A stretch of 64,000 nt of DNA from Octopus vulgaris (GCA_951406725.2 OX597821.1:35154001-35218000), one strand, 5' to 3'; shown: positions 13,384 to 27,998, numbered from the stretch's first letter. Notes: a model not told the origin generated them from the letters alone. Program-made: numbers and translations.

Positions 13384-13964
13384 TGAGTTCTAAAAATTGG
13401 GATAATTTACCCCCGGTTCGCCGACCCCTGTAAGAGATGGATCATACCACGTAATCTTACAAACTCGCAAGCATTCGTCAACGGGTTACCGCAAGTTCTG
13501 ACCAAGGAAAGCATAAACGATAAACAACAGAACATCACCCCACTAACATGGACGCTATCAACTATCAACAACATTGTTATCAATGAAAGTAATCATCTTG
13601 GTCATTTTTTTTTTGTTACTCTTTTCCGTCAGCCTATGTAGAAGGTTAGTTTTACGAGAATTTGATATTGATAGTTTTGAAGGAGGTTAGCAAGAATCAT
13701 TTTTCAAAGTGCTACAGAAGTAAGAATACCACAGCTTCCATAATTTCACACACTGATCTCTGAAAATGTCTTGTAAAAAAAATGTTGATTGATTGATAAC
13801 GGCAAGTAACTTTCGCGTTGCTTACATCAATGGAACTTATGTATTAGAAATATTCCTTTTTAAATATTTTCAGTAAACATATAGTTTAGATGATAGGCAA
13901 CTTACCTTCTTTATTTCTCTCCTCCTTTTCGATCTTTTTTATCCTTTTCTATCTCCTTCAGTTT

Positions 13965-14185
<221 letters not shown>

Positions 14186-14740
14186 TCATTTCCTTCTCCC
14201 TGTAAACATTTCTTTTCTGTTTCACTTTATTCTGTCTTTCCACAGTCGAAAGATATTCCTTCAAATAACCACAGAAGAAATACACAAGATAATTTTCAGT
14301 CTGTTAAAATTAGTTTTAAAGAACTGGTAGTCATAAGTGTCCAACACCATTAGTACTACGGTCAAGGCAATCCGCTAAGGGCCTATAGTATTTATTTATT
14401 GACAGCAAACCAAAGCATAAATTCTGGTTAAGTTCGTAAGCTGTTGCTGATACATTCTTTCTATTAACGTGCACCGCCAACTTCTTGTTTAGTCTCTACA
14501 GAATATGATTGTTTTTCCGAAGTAACAAGCTGTGTTTCTGGCTATTAATGAAACCTGACAGACTTTGACTATAGTAAACCAGTATTTTTTTCAAACAAAT
14601 TTTATTGCTTTCAAAATATGCATTTTGTTTAAATCTTTTATTTGGAAACACACGGTCAACATTTAAGAAGGGTAACAAAGACAGATCGTTGCTACAAAGC
14701 TGAAGACAGCGACAATACAGAAAATTTTGTTGTGTCTAAA

Positions 14741-14965
14741 GAGAGTCATTACGCCAATATAATAAACACACACATTGGTTTAATTCCACTGCGTTAATAT
14801 TAGTCAATTATTTGGTTAAATACTCAACTAACCAATCAATCGTTTAATTTATTTTGTTTTTGTCTGTCAAAACTTTTTCGTTGCTACTTGCAACATTTTC
14901 AATGATTAATAAAGGAGTGGAATTGAACCGATGCGTATGTTAATTATATTGACATAATCACTCTC
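14741..14965. mobile_element. Old element with imperfect ~50-bp inverted ends and an internal hammerhead-like motif
   Basis: 14741-14790 is the approximate reverse complement of 14916-14965; minus strand reads UUGAAAA-U-GUUGC..GCAAC-GAAA-AAGUUU. Confidence 0.55.
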
Positions 14966-15110
14966 CCTAGGCACAACAAAATTTGTTTCAACACACGAAT
15001 TCACATAAAGAATCTTGCAAACCAAATACAAAAAAGAAATTCATAGAATAAAATATACGAAAGAAGTTTAAAAATTGCCCACTTCAATCCGTTATAAATG
15101 CCCCTACATA

Positions 15111-15478
15111 ATCTTTTCTACTCTTGGGGAAAGGATCCGGTCTATTAGATCAACCCCAGTAGGCAACTGCTACTTAATTTATCGACCCCAAAAGGATGAA
15201 AGGCAAAGTCGACCTCGGCGGAATTTGAACTTAGAACGAAATACCTATTTCTTTACTACCCACAAGGGGCTAAACACAGAGAGGACAAACAAGGGCAGAC
15301 AAACGCATTAAGTCGATTATATCGACCCCAGTGCGTAACTGGTACTTATTTAATCGACCCCGAAAAGATGAAAGGCAAAGTTGACCTCGGCAGAATTTGA
15401 ACTCAGAACGTAACGGCAAACGAAATACCGCTAAGCAATTCGCCCGGCGTGCTAACGTTTCTGCCAGCTCGCCGCCTT
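15111..15478 (-). mobile_element. Dimeric SINE family A bounded by a single 14-bp TSD
   Basis: TSD AATGCCCCTACATA at 15097-15110 and 15479-15492 encloses two core units. Confidence 0.93.
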
Positions 15479-15848
15479 AATGCCCCTACATATTACGAAC
15501 GATCAATAGATGGAAACTAGCAGATAGCCACAACTGTATTCTGCCTGTACAGTGTATAAAATAATTCATCAGTAAAAGATATATTATTCACCCACGTGGA
15601 CAATGCAATTTCTCACACGCAGTAAGATACAAATAGATGTGTAATGTATGACTGGGGGAAACGACTAAGGGAAATGATGATAATGATGCTGACGGTATTA
15701 ATCGCGATGATTGTATTCGCCTCAGTAGCACATAAATAATGGCATTAATCGTGATGATTGCTCATAATAATTACATAGACTCCAGTACTTGACTAATACT
15801 CTATTTTATCGACTACGAAGTGATGAAGAGAAAATTTTTAGTTTAAAA

Positions 15849-16361
15849 CTAGCAGTATCGCCCGGCGTTGCTCGGGTTTGTAAGGGAAATAACTATATAA
15901 ACATTTTTAGAGAGTTACTTCCCTTATAGATGCCAAATCGGGCTTTCTTAGCCATTTCTGTTTTGGTGTCTTCAAGCCATGAAGTCGTTGTTCTAAAAGA
16001 ACGCTGGTCTCCTTGACAACGCTTTACGACGTTGATTTCCTTACACTCCCTTCCCCACAGCTTCACGAGGGAGGGAAGAAGAGGGAGAAGAAAACAGATG
16101 CAGGTGTGACCATGGACGCCAACTCCGCCGCCATCGACACACGAAAAATTATGCATTAAAATGGAATAAAAAATGATGTTAAATTATTTTTAAAATCGTA
16201 GACTCATCGTAGACGCGCGCTAATACTCAGACGGGCTCGATATGAATCACGACTATAAGATACCCGAATTTGGTTAAACTGCACCGCAAAATGTGGGAGT
16301 AGTTAGGAATCTAAATCGAAGGGGACAGACACTCACACAACTATAGTTTTATATATATAGA
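15849..16361 (-). mobile_element. Non-autonomous Helitron, second copy
   Basis: Reverse complement of 12871-13383 with about 8 substitutions by eye; splits a degraded family-A SINE (15775-16430). Confidence 0.92.
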
Positions 16362-16665
16362 TGTGATGTATCGGAAGAAATACTGCCAAGCATTTTTCGA
16401 TGCATTAACGATTCTTCCAGAGCGTCACTATAACAACATTAGTAGTGCTGATGTTACTAATACCGGACCTTTAGTCAAGAATAATCAAGTTTCATCAGTA
16501 ATCAGAAATATAGCTTGTGCTGCTTCTGGGAATCATAAGAACATTCCTCAGGGATTGAATAGGATGTTGACTATAGATGTGAATAGATACGATGTTTTAT
16601 TAATAGCGTACTGACTCAACTTTAAAAGCAAGCTAAATTCCCATGAATAGAAGACATAAAAGACA

Positions 16666-16835
16666 GGTGCAGGAGTGGCTGTGTGGTAAGAAGCTTGCTT
16701 ATCAACCACATGGTTCCGGGTTCAGTCCACTGCGTGGCATCTTGTGCAAGTGTCTTCTACTATAGCCTCGGGCCGACCAAAGCCTTGAGACTGGATTTGG
16801 TAGATGGAAACTGAAAGAAGCCCGTCGTATATATG

Positions 16836-16921
<86 letters not shown>

Positions 16922-17139
16922 AGTGTGTGTCTGTGTTTGTCCCCCCTAGCATTGCTTGACAACCGATGCTGGTGTGTTTTCGTCCCCGCCACTTAGCGGT
17001 ACGGCAAAAGAGACCGATAGGATAAGTACTGGGCTTACAAAGAATAAATCCCGGGGTCGATTTGCTCGACTAAAGGAGGTGCTCCAGCATGGCCGCAATC
17101 AAATGACTGAAACAAGTAAAAAGAGTAAAGAGTAAAGAG
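16666..17139 (+). mobile_element. SINE family B
   Basis: Same head, core and tail as 7449-7836, with an expanded internal (TA)n. Confidence 0.92.
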
Positions 17140-17946
17140 ATACATTTAGAAATCTACTCTTAAATATAAGGCGTAGTTTAAGAATGCTATAATGTCCAAA
17201 CTACATTTTGTTAATACAACGCTTTCGTAACATAACTAAAACTATTTCATTGTTAGTACGTCACCCATCTCGTCGTTCCCACATGTCCATGTCTGTTCTG
17301 CTACCGAGTCCACTAGTAGTTTAGCAAGTCTGTTAATTGTTAAACGCTACACGGTAAAATAAGTTAGGTTCGGCTCGTGTGCTGTAAAAGCGAGGTAAGA
17401 TTAGACGTATCAGGCTGAATCCTTCTTCTAGGGGAAAACTATTTGTTCGAAGTGTACAATACAATACAACAAAAATACGTCCAAAAATACAGTACGTCGA
17501 CAGACATTTTAATCTGAATTTATTTGTCGTGCACACAACAAATGATACCCACACTTTTATTCAAAGAAAGCCTTGTTAAAACGTGAGGTTGCTCGTCACA
17601 TCATGGTACATACATATCTTATTGTTTATTTAAAAAAGGAAACTGCCCCAAATCATTTTTTACCTCAGACTCTGAGGCGTCTCTCCTTTCTTATGATACT
17701 TTAGATGGGATGCCAAAATTTGATCCATCTCGATCATGTAAAATTCTTTCAGTCTAAATATCCCATCTTTATTATCGTCTTTTATTAATATTTTAGATAT
17801 TTTCTGGATTGGATTCATTCGTATTTTATTCTCTTTGAATAAAGCGATCGGTAATGTGAGTGTTTCTTTTACGATCAAGACTTAGGATTATTTTAATCCA
17901 GCAGATATAATCGGTTTTCTTGCTTCTCTCTTAACCATGGTTGCTA

Positions 17947-18169
17947 TTTTACTCTTTACTCTTATAATTGTTTCAGTCATTTGACTGTGGCCATGTTGGA
18001 GTACCGCCTTTAGTCGAAGAAAATCGACCTCAGGACTTTGTAAGCCTAGTACTTATTCTATCGTTCTCTTTTGCCGAACCGCTAAGTTACGGGGACGTAA
18101 ACACATCAGTATCGGTTGTCAAGCGATATTGGGGGTACAAACACAGACACACAAACACACACACACACG

Positions 18170-18231
<62 letters not shown>

Positions 18232-18403
18232 CATATATACGACAGGGCTTCTTTCAGTTTCCGTCTACCAAATCCACTCACAAGGCTTTGGTCGGCCCAA
18301 GGCTATAGTAGAAGACACTTGCCCAAGGTGCTACGCAGTGGGACTGAACCCGGAACTATGTGGTTGGTAAGCAAGCTACTTACCACACAGCCACTCCTAC
18401 GCC
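17947..18403 (-). mobile_element. SINE family B
   Basis: Reverse complement of family B along its length. Confidence 0.92.
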
Positions 18404-19179
18404 TACGCCTACTATTTACAGTTTGCTTGTGGCAGAGATGAAATACGAACCATCATCGATCACTTAGTCGCTGGTACATTCTCCTCTCTGCGCGTCTAGA
18501 AGTTCAATTAGTAAAAACATACATACATACATACATACATACAAGGGCTCCAACATGGTTTTGACTAATTATAGCTAAAACAAACAAAACAACTAAAGAA
18601 TAAACATTTAATTCGTTATTGAAAGACAAAATCACTTATAAAAATATCTTCAACAATATTTTTACATGCTGCTTTAATTTCTGCGTCGACTTAGGGATGG
18701 AGACTGCCTGCATTTCATTTGTAGTCGGTTGTCTGGTTGGCGATCTCGGGAAGCAGACCTTGTAACTCTGAAAAATTAATTTGACATAGTTTGTTGGCTT
18801 GATCGTCATGAGCCTCGAGGAAGTCTGTTATATAAACATTCGTACATCATACATCATACGTCATATCCATTAGTCTGCTCATTCATTACTGCATACATGT
18901 GATGTTCGTTGCCATTAGCTGCTAAAATATCTCTGCTATGTCCTGCTATTGCTAATGGACAAAGTGAAAGTCGGTAGGATGCCTGTACTATCATGCGTTT
19001 CTTTACTGAATATTAGGAAAATAGATGGTATAATTCCAGTTGGCAAGAGCACATTTTTATATCAAATTGCTAAATTGCCATCACCACGACCACCATCACT
19101 AACAGTATCACCAGCAACAAAAAAAACAACAACAGAAGTAACAAGAAAAACGACAACAAAGAACAAGGTAGTATAACCA

Positions 19180-19676
19180 AAGCCTAAATTTCTTAAAGGA
19201 AATTCAGGGTGTAAAAGTCGAGACCTATCATAAATTTCTCAAGAATTTTCAGCTTGTCTCTTTAACCTACATTCAGTCTTGTAAATTGTTTTTTTCAGTT
19301 TTCAGCTCTTTTCAAGGAATTTCGTATCCGTAAAGAGCATTACATTTATTTTCGAAATAGTACAACTTATGTATTTTGTGTTTTCAGAACTGATAATTTG
19401 AATACTGTTCATCCTAGTCGTTGATGGTTCACCATTTTTTTCAATCCCCTTTTTAAAGGATTTTCACCTCATTTAATTTTCTTGCAAAATCCCTTTCGGT
19501 TATTCCATGTTTTCAGTTACTCTTATCCTGCCTCTAGCCTTTTACTCCCCCCCCCCCTTTTTTTAAAATTACGTTTCAAATTCCTTTAAGTCATTTACGG
19601 CAGTTTTCAGTAACTTTTATATCCTTTTAATATTGTTTTAGCTTTTCTGTCATTTCCAATTTATTTATTTATTCAT

Positions 19677-19707
<31 letters not shown>

Positions 19708-19940
19708 TTATTTTCAGTTCCTTCAAGTCTTTTCAACCATTCTAAAATATATTCATTATTTTAACAGCAGTTTTCGTTGTTTTAACACTTTATTTTCCAA
19801 ATCTTCCCAATTAGCTATTTCTATCCATCTTACATAATACCATTTCTGTTTAAAAAATGCTCAACTACTTTAATTTCCCATATTGTCAAATCTTCAGATT
19901 CTTCTTTATTTTCCAGTCTTTTCCATAATATATTTTTCTG
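19180..19940 (-). mobile_element. Probable highly decayed LINE coding remnant
   Basis: A-rich minus strand with broken coding-like stretches; no diagnostic motif is intact. Confidence 0.25.
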
Positions 19941-19959
19941 ACATTATGTTTTCTTCTTT

Positions 19960-20175
19960 TCTTTACACGTTTCTGTCACTGAGCTGTGGCCATGCTGGGG
20001 CACCACCTTAAAGAGTTTTTAATCAAACAAATTAATCCCGATACTTAATTTTGTCAATTTGGTACTTATTCTATCGGTTCTTTTGCAGCACCGCTTAGTT
20101 ACGGATTGTAAACAAACCAACAATAGTTCTCAGGCAGTGGTGAGAGACAAAAACAAGCACAAACACACACACACA
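19960..20175 (-). mobile_element. Diverged family-B 3' half
   Basis: CTGTGGCCATGCTGGGGCACCACC..GTACTTATTCTATCGG..CCGCTTAGTTACGG. Confidence 0.7.
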
Positions 20176-20260
20176 CACTGCGCGCGACAACACACACATA
20201 TTCAACATGGCTGCAGTTCAGTGACTGAAACATTTAAACCATAAAAGGTAAAAGAATATT

Positions 20261-20630
20261 AACCAACCACATGGTTCCGGGTTCAGTCCCACTGCGTGGC
20301 ATCTTGGGCAAGTGTCTTCTGCTATAGCCCCGAGCTGACCAATGCCTTGTGAGTGGATTTGGTAGACGGAAACTGAAAGAAGCCCGTCGTATATATGTAT
20401 ATATATATGTATGTGTGTTTGTGTGTCTGTGTTTGCCCCCCTAGCATTGCTTGACAACCGATGCTGGTGTGTTTACGTCCCCGTCACTTAGCGGTTCGGC
20501 AAAAGAAACCGATAGAATAAGTACTGGGCTTACAAAGAATAAGTCCCGGGGTCTATTTGCTCGACTAAAGGCGGTCCTCCAGCATGGCTGCAGTCAAATG
20601 ACTGAAACAAATAAAAGAGTAAAAGAGTAA
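20261..20630 (+). mobile_element. SINE family B (slightly 5'-truncated)
   Basis: Matches 7483-7836. Confidence 0.92.
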
Positions 20631-21624
20631 GACAGTTTTCAATTGAATATTTTGTCTTAGTTAACTCTCTTATTCTATCATTTTAAGTTTTTAGCATCGT
20701 GTCCAGTTCTCTCATGTGAAAGTGAAGTGTTTCTTTCACTAGATTTCTCCTCGTATATCTATAAATCTTTTTCTAGTCCTGATCAATCTTTGTGCCAATG
20801 TTTAGGTATTTTCAGTTATTTTGGAGGTACCCAATGGTCTACAACAAGGTTTTCAATTGTTTTCGATATCGTTACGATATTTTCTTGTCTAGGCTTAAGA
20901 GTCCGGGCAGGGGGCGCTTGTTGCTGAGACATTGCATGTCGAGACACTGATGTTTCAGAATCGTTTGCAACAACGAGCCGATTGTGTTATGCACACACAG
21001 TCGTCATCAAAAGTTGTTCACCTGTGACGTACACAATAGCGACTAACATATTTACGTTAGAAACTAGTGGAACGTATCAAAAATAAATATGCACACCATC
21101 GTTTCAGTATTCCAAATACATTAAAAAACAATATTTTTGCCACTCATTCACATTTTTTTGTTCTTTTTATTAAGTTTTGTTCTTTTAAAACATTTGCAAT
21201 CCCTTTCGATATCTTCCGTAATTTTCACCTGTATTCATGTCCTTTTCCACTAAATTATTCTCTCGTTGTATAAGTGTTTTTGGGTGTTTTAATGCTTTAG
21301 TTCGAAAAAAGCAGACGCAAGCTGGACCCCTTTCTGGGTTCCCTTGACTATGAGGGAGAAGTGAAGGAATTATCCTCGAACCATAGTCTTTATTTAAATG
21401 CTTGCAACAGAGTTGACGGTAATAAAGTACATAAAAAGCTTGATATTATTTAACTTGTGACTTCATAATTACGTGTTCTAAACTATCCCTTAAAGCGCTA
21501 CTAATAATCTACCTGTCTGTCTGTCTGTCTATCTATCTAACTATCCCCCCATCCATCCAACCGTCAGTCAGTCAGTTTGTCTGTCTGCTTGCCTATCTAT
21601 CTCAGTATTACTCTTCTCTTTTTT

Positions 21625-22046
21625 TTTATCTTTTACTTATTTCAGTCATTTGACTGTGGCCATGCTGGAGCAACGCCTTTAGTCGAGCAAATCGACCCTA
21701 GGACTTATTCTTTGTAAGCCTAGTACTTATTCTATCGGTCTCTTTTGCCGAACCGCTAAGTGACGGGGACGTAAACACACCAGCATCAGTTGTCAAGCGA
21801 TGTTGTGGGGGGGGGGGGACAAACACAGACACACAAACACATACACACACATATATACATACATACATATATATGCATATATACGACGGGCTTCTTTCAG
21901 TTTCCATCTACCAAATCCATTCACAAGGCTTTGGTCGGCCCAAGGCTATAGTAGAAGACACTTGCCCAAGGTGCCACGCAGTGGGACTGAACCCGGAACT
22001 ATGTGGTTCTTAAGCAAGCTACTTACCACACAGCCACTCCTGCGCC
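21625..22046 (-). mobile_element. SINE family B
   Basis: Full-length reverse-complement copy. Confidence 0.92.
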
Positions 22047-23756
22047 TATATGTATGTATATATAGATTTTTGTAAGTATGTACGTATGTTTTGCATGTAT
22101 GCATATATGCATGCATGTATGTGTGTATGCTATTATTTAACTTCATTTCAAGATTTCTCGCCAATTGCGAAAAGAGCCGGCTCCTGACCTAGATCCAACA
22201 CTCATTCATTGGAATTTCAGCAACATAAACAGGGTTGTTCTATCTAGTGGTGTGTATACATGTCTGTATGTACGTATGTATATATGTAGGTTTGCATGCG
22301 TGTATGTACGCATGCATATATGTATGCTTGTGTGTATCTATATACGTATGTATATATGTATGTGTGTATGTATGCGTGCATGTATATATGCATGTATGCA
22401 TGTGTGTATGTATGTATGTATGTATGTATGTATGTATGTATGTATGTATGTATGTATGTATATATGATGAATGAGGTATTCGCGTGCTAAGTTTTTGACC
22501 CAGTATTACAGACATATACATTTCAAAGTAAGAAACAGTGCAGCCATCAATGTGATAATGGTGTCTTAATGGTGCTAACTCTATCAGCCCAAGAGGGAGA
22601 TGAAAAGCAAAGCCACCTTCTCTGGGATTTGAATTTCGAATATAAAGAGAATAAACATATATCCAGGACATAATCAAAACAATATCAAACACAAAAATGA
22701 TACGAACAATATGACATAAAATATAAAAAATACAAATAAACATAAAATATAAAAAATGTAATGAATGTAAATATAACAAAAAATGATACAATATAAATAT
22801 AAAATATAAACGGTATAATAATAAATAAAGGAAGTGTAACACGAAAACAACATAAAAACAAGGAATTTTTTCCATATTATCTTATAGTTATTTTTTAAGA
22901 GCGTTCCTTGTGATATTCAGTTGTATATGTGTATATGTAATGTTTATGTGTGTATGCGTGCGTGCGTGTGTGTGTGTGTGTCTGATAGAAGTGATCGTTA
23001 AGAGATGGTGATATTAGAGTCCTTGCTACTGACATACCTTACTTTTGCTTCGATGGTATCATCCAATAAAAACTATAGGGGACGAGATACTCGTTGGATC
23101 GTTAGGAGTGAAAAGAAAAAAAAACGCTACTTCACTTTATCAGTTGTCGTTTATTTCAAGGTCAGACATCATCGAGTAGACTTGTCAGCAAAGACGCACG
23201 CATATCGCGAACAACGTTTTCCTTGCGCCAATGAAACGTCGGTGACATAAATACACGTTCGTCTTAAAAGAGTTGTTCACCTGTGATCAAACACTACAGC
23301 GATAAGCATATTCACGTTCGAATCTGCTGGGAAATTCGTTTAGAATAAATATGCAAGTCATCGTTTTGATTTTCCACCGTGAATATGATGATTTATCGAC
23401 GGTTGGTAAATATTAGTAAGAAATTAATTTGTTATACACAAAGCCGAGAACTCCTCTTAGATTCATTGATTCGGGTTGCCTTTCATTAGTGAGACGCAAC
23501 AATGTCCAAACAAGGGGTGTCTCACAAGCCCTTGCACTAGTGAATCAACTGTGCTGTGAATATATACTTGTCGTAAAAGAAATTTTTTCCTGTGACGTAA
23601 CACACCAGCGATTCGCATCTTCACATTCGAATCTGTCAGAGAGTATGAATAAATATGGAATCCATCGTCGTTTTTCAAATGCTTCATGAGATGTTGGAGG
23701 TGTCATTTCATGTATATTTAGCTACTAATTCACACAGCCCCCATAGCCACTTAAAT

Positions 23757-24170
23757 GGATATTTTCGGTTTGAACGGCAGTTTTTTCTAGCGGTGTCATA
23801 TGAAATTGTCACCCATAATTATGACCCTAGAATCGATCTATTGCATTTCAATGTTTTAGGGTTAGGGTTAGGGGTGGGGGGAGGGTATCTTTTTTTCTTC
23901 ACAAATGTAAATAAACCCAATCTGTTTCTTAAACGAGGGACATATTCATACGGCACAGAATGCTTTTTAACTCAATAGACGTCACTGATTGGTTGATATT
24001 GCAGAAATTGAAGAAAAAAAACAACAAATATCTTACAAACTATAGAATTTTCTCAATAAAGCCAAGAGAAAAAGATTTTTTATAAACACATTCTACCAGT
24101 ATATGAAGTTTAAAATTTTTTAGTTACCTAGAAATTATGTTAAAAACTGCCGTTCAAACCGAAAAGATCC
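23757..24170 (-). mobile_element. MITE with internal (TTAGGG)n and 8-bp TSD (GG..CC ends, Merlin-like)
   Basis: TSD ACTTAAAT at 23749-23756 and 24171-24178; TIRs as in 9926-10368. Confidence 0.92.
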
Positions 24171-24782
24171 ACTTAAATTAACACTTGTTAGCAAGTCAGT
24201 ATATTAGAAGTTTGGCATGTACGGACATATCTTACTTGATGTTTTATGCTGTTTTTAGTGTTTAGCTCAATCAGACCAGATCGAGTAGACTAGTGATAAA
24301 ATAGGGTTTCAGCCAGTAAACACCACCTTTTCTTTCCTTGTTATTATGGAAATACTCATCTAACTCTATATTAAACCAACAAAATTCTTCCTTTGTATTT
24401 TCATTAAGACGACACATTGGGATTTGAGGTATATTATCCTGATACTTCTAGCATATCAATTAACCATGTAGAGGCTTCTTCTACGTGTGTTGATTACAGG
24501 CTGCAATGCTTTTGAAATATGATTGGTTCTAACTTATTCTCGCTATATTTTACTTTAATATATTTGTGGCAGAATCGTTATCACACTGGAGACATTGCTT
24601 AGGGGTATTTCGTTTGGCTCGCTTACGTTCTGAGTTCAAATGTTGTCAAGAGTGACCGTACATTTTATCCTCTTGGGGTCGATAAAACAGCTGCAGTGGA
24701 ATGTTAGAGTGGCTAGAATCGACTACTCCATCCCTTCAAAATCGCTGACCTTGTGAACAAAATTATAATAGAAATAATTATA

Positions 24783-24923
24783 TAAGGTTGTCCCAAAAGT
24801 TCGTAGAAAGTCTTGGAAAATAATGGTCTTTATTTTGAGGAATAATTTTTGTTGTTTTTGTTAGTACTTGGCGAGTAAAAATTCAATTTTCGCAAGTGTT
24901 TACGAACTTTTGGGACAACCTAA
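24783..24923. mobile_element. Mariner-type MITE (141 bp) with TA TSD
   Basis: AGGTTGTCCCAAAAGTTCGTA (24785-24805) and TACGAACTTTTGGGACAACCT (24901-24921) form a perfect 21-bp inverted repeat, flanked by TA. Confidence 0.85.
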
Positions 24924-24972
24924 TATTTGATGTGAAACAAATTCGACCTAAATCAATGAATACTTTTCACTG

Positions 24973-24974
<2 letters not shown>

Positions 24975-25065
<91 letters not shown>

Positions 25066-25086
25066 CAAACACACACGCACACACAC

Positions 25087-25142
<56 letters not shown>

Positions 25143-25210
25143 GCACACTCATTCATACGCATGCACACTCATTCATACGCACTCGCACTCACACACTCAT
25201 GCACACGCAA
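24975..25210. repeat. (CA)n microsatellite
   Basis: Seen directly. Confidence 0.95.
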
Positions 25211-26108
25211 TCACATACATACCTACATTTTCTTGAACCGTCCTTAACAGTGACATTCAAGAGACGCTAAACAGACGGATTTATTTGCCACTTGGGGGCT
25301 ATCAAGATCACCACCGTAATTAAAAGAAGAGATGCTATACTTTATCCAGCCTCCTCCCCACAATGCAAATCCTAGAATGTTAGGAGCGCAACGTAGTTAA
25401 TTCCCACGCTTTCTTATACGATTGGATGGAATACTGGTAGGGCGAAGGAACTTCATACACCGATTTATTTAGTGTTTAATAGAACCTCTCCTTTATTTTG
25501 GTTGAGGAGGGCTATCTTTTTCTTATCCGTTGCCTATCCTTTAAAGTTATCACGCATTTTGATTGAAATAGGAAATAAAATAATCATACACTTGAAGAAA
25601 CTATAGATAAATAAATATAAAGAAAATATCTATTCCTGATAATAGCAAAAATCTTCTGTAGTAGAGGCGTGTAAAAGCGAATCTAAAAATGAGAGGGTGG
25701 CCCCTTCCTCTATCTGATCCTTCTGTAGTGAGCTATACACCTTTTGTCTGTCTTTTAAACCTTTAAATGTTTCTCGTGTTTTATTTCCAGCTGGATCTTT
25801 CTTGTCTTCTTGTCTACTATCAGTTCCTACACCTTGTACGTGAATGTGCTGATGTACATGCCTCTCTTATTCTAGCTATCACTCTTTTTAATTCTCTCTC
25901 TCTCTCTCTTCCTATTAATCTGTTACGTTCAATCTCTCACAAGTTACACACACATACACACACATACACACACACACACACACACACATACACACACACA
26001 CACACACACACATACACATTCCTTTTCTTTTTTTACACCCCTTTTATCCTTACTCGTTTATTCTCAAAGGCTAGCTTCCAAACCTCGATTTTCTTTCGGA
26101 AACTAGAG

Positions 26109-26450
<342 letters not shown>

Positions 26451-26590
26451 TTTATTTTAATCTCAAAGAAAAGATATGTTGCACAATTGAGTTTTGAAAG
26501 GAAACACTGCTTAGAAACAATGAGCCAACATGGTTTCAAAACATGGAGCGAAAAATGGCTCTAAATTGTATCACGACGCACGCTCGCGCG

Positions 26591-26629
<39 letters not shown>

Positions 26630-27038
26630 ACAACAACCACCCACAGATACAAACACAAACGCGTATGTTTGTGTGGGAGTGTCTCTGTCACTGGGTTTGA
26701 CTCACTGTTTTTCCATTATCACTTGCAGCAGTCATCTTTCAAGACTCTTTTTCCTGTGTTTATGTATCTCATCTCACATGACAGACACGGAGAGAAAATT
26801 TTATTTGAAAATAAATTAAACTATGCAAAAATCAAGCTAAATATATCACCAACAATGTTTTCAAAAACAACAGCAATAACTAAAAAAAAATAAATAAAAA
26901 CTATTTCCACCCCCCCGGAAAGTGGGTTTGAATCGTTGTTATTATTCTGACACAGCCGCGCGCGCGGAAAAACATATTTTATCGGTTAGTCAAATGTCTA
27001 CCCTTTCTCAGAATCTGTGTGGTTGATGAGAGAAAAGA

Positions 27039-27069
<31 letters not shown>

Positions 27070-27084
27070 AGAGAGAAAAGAGAG

Positions 27085-27151
<67 letters not shown>

Positions 27152-27329
27152 CCTTAACCTGGAGTTCTGGTGCGAGTAATTCCTTCAACTGGTTTTGCAA
27201 TAAAGTGGACTCTCCCAAAACGTTCAAATATCAAGTTAAACAGATTGAACGCATATTATCCATCCATCCATCCATCCATCCATCCATCCATCCATCCATC
27301 CATCCATCCATCCATCCATCCATCCATCC

Positions 27330-27385
<56 letters not shown>

Positions 27386-27689
27386 GTGTGTGCGTGTGTG
27401 TGTAGTAAGGAACTTTAGAGAGCTAAACACCCTTACACCTCTAATGCCAATCCTTCGGTATTTTACTCTTTTCAGCACCAGGGGGCAGGCCGCATTAGGT
27501 AAGGACTCCTTACGCTTTTCAATATCGGAAGTATAAAACTTGAGGTACGTGAGTGAAGCTTTCTACTGCTAATAAATGCTATAAAACCCCACAACTTATT
27601 CTGAGTTGTGTGCTTTATTTCTTTCTTGATGCCGAGCAGTTCCATGTGCCATTGCGTAAATGTATGTATGTATGTATTTATGTATGTGC

Positions 27690-27896
27690 GACCGCGTGTG
27701 TACCGTTGGCGATTTTTTTCCTCTGTCTTCCCTTCTCTGGATCTTTCCTTCTCCTATGTTTCCGACGAAGAGCTCCGCTCGAAACGTTAAACCCCCCTTC
27801 TTTCCTCCTTTCCTGAGCGTCCAGTAATACTATATTTATTCCACGTCCTCGCGTTGTTGTGTTTTCTTTTGTGCTTTCATGTTTGGATTAACTAAC
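27690..27896 (+). mobile_element. Short Penelope-like non-autonomous repeat ending in (TA)n
   Basis: Second copy inverted at 35067-35250; carries a hammerhead motif. Confidence 0.7.
27758..27792 (+). ncRNA. Minimal type-I hammerhead motif (U4C core change)
   Basis: GUUU-CCGACGA-A-GAGC.UCC.GCUC-GAA-ACGU-U-AAAC. Confidence 0.6.

Positions 27897-27998
<102 letters not shown>

Larger units (their letters stand above)
12489..13430. mobile_element. hAT-like MITE hosting a SINE and a Helitron
   Basis: Termini CAGGGGTCTGGGAAC and GTTCGCCGACCCCTG (hAT-type CAGGGGTC TIR); about 200 bp once the inserts are removed; no TSD seen. Confidence 0.6.

Noticed and set aside
26955-26975. CpG-rich GCGCGCGCGGAAAA (E2F-like) as a promoter
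   Set aside because: A single short motif with no linked gene; not supportable.
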